In this document: piece after piece, positions 49,101-49,713 of the stretch | Layout: each line of letters opens with the position of its first letter | How positions within the stretch are numbered: position 1 is the stretch's first letter | Assembly (NCBI GenBank): GCA_051942245.1 | Contig: JAVECL010000119.1 | Coordinates: forward strand, 1-49,713 | Source of the DNA: Trypethelium eluteriae | Lineage: Eukaryota | Direction: 5' to 3' | Length of the DNA: 49,713 nt | Notes under the pieces: generated by a model | The model's database searches: none | What the model saw: the letters and a program-made list of their open reading frames with translations, nothing else | What the model was told of the DNA's origin: nothing | Translations under genes and position numbers: made by a program

Positions 49101-49713
49101 CGGAAGCTTGAGCAGCAGCGCCTGGAGCAACAACGAGCTCAGATGTTAGCGAAGCAGAAACAGGCCAATGATCTAGCAGCAAAGCTTCAACAGGAGAAGG
49201 CGCAAGCGCAAACTGCGCCGCCTCGTGCAGACCTCGGTGCAGCACGGCCTGTTGCACGGATGAATACTATGCAGGATCAGATGCGACCTATTCCTCATCC
49301 ACCAATCAACCCTGCCAAACCGCCCAAACGAGCTAAGCCAGAAGATGAAGACGAGCAAACATCTCGACCTACCCTGCAACGGGTCGGATCATCTTATCAG
49401 CAGACAGACGGAAAACGAAGAAAAACTGAGGAAGACGAGGAAGAAGACCAAGAACCGCGCCGTTCTGTAATGGCACCGCCGATCCGCAATTCCAATATTC
49501 GCAAAGTGAGTACCTTTGCCAGACAACAACACGAACAGACACTTACATGTATACAGGATCAACAAAAGTTTACACACGGCTATGTCAACGCTCCCCCTCC
49601 TGCTGCCCATCCCCCGTCGATGTTTCGGACGACCGTTACAGCACAGCATCAACTACAACAATCCAAGGCACCTGCCCATCCCAACGACATGGCCAAATTC
49701 TCATCTGCCAAAA
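46118..49713 (+). CDS. Inner centromere protein (INCENP/Sli15-like), 5' part; runs off the window
   Basis: N-terminus GSSRWILNERE...EEFTYAAKNDLEWLNEHMAEIF, FKTPGKLRGKTPRTARKR, RKSSLTFASLPAREPL, long disordered region and E/R/K/Q-rich helix. The C-terminal IN-box lies outside the window. Confidence 0.8.
47612..47641 (+). repeat. (GAC/GAT)10 trinucleotide tract encoding poly-Asp within INCENP
   Basis: gacgacgacgacgatgatgatgatgatgac, translated as DDDDDDDDDD. Confidence 0.8.

Noticed and set aside
1..49713. Prokaryotic features (CRISPR arrays, operons, TTG/GTG starts), tRNA/rRNA, intact transposons
   Set aside because: The sequence is an intron-containing fungal genome; no repeat-spacer array, structural RNA or transposase/RT motif was recognised by eye.

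Overview
This is eukaryotic DNA from a filamentous ascomycete (Pezizomycotina). Genes carry short GT-AG introns with CTAAC/CTGAC branch sites, so many TTG/GTG starts in the ORF track are artefacts. About 1-30 kb and 44-50 kb hold conserved genes: CDC45 (5' end), reticulon, 5'-nucleotidase, histidine phosphatase, class II aldolase, COG1, LYS4 and SER1 on a shared bidirectional promoter, a GT90 glycosyltransferase, a class V PLP enzyme, MTQ1, an Aim32/Apd1-type ferredoxin, an MFS transporter, acyl-CoA dehydrogenase and INCENP (5' part). Between about 30 and 43.6 kb is an accessory, partly decayed block. It contains a truncated, frameshifted CHAT (caspase-like) protease fused to an intact, possibly beta-pore-forming domain, a tail-to-tail pair of paralogous P-loop GTPases with different tails, a P450 pseudogene, gene debris, SNU23, and a NACHT NLR-like gene lacking a canonical repeat sensor but ending in a hydrophobic tail. 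This block is the best candidate for an undescribed fungal non-self recognition/cell-death locus, but that function is inference. No rRNA, tRNA, CRISPR array or intact transposon was recognised. All calls rest on manual translation and motif recognition; no database search was run.
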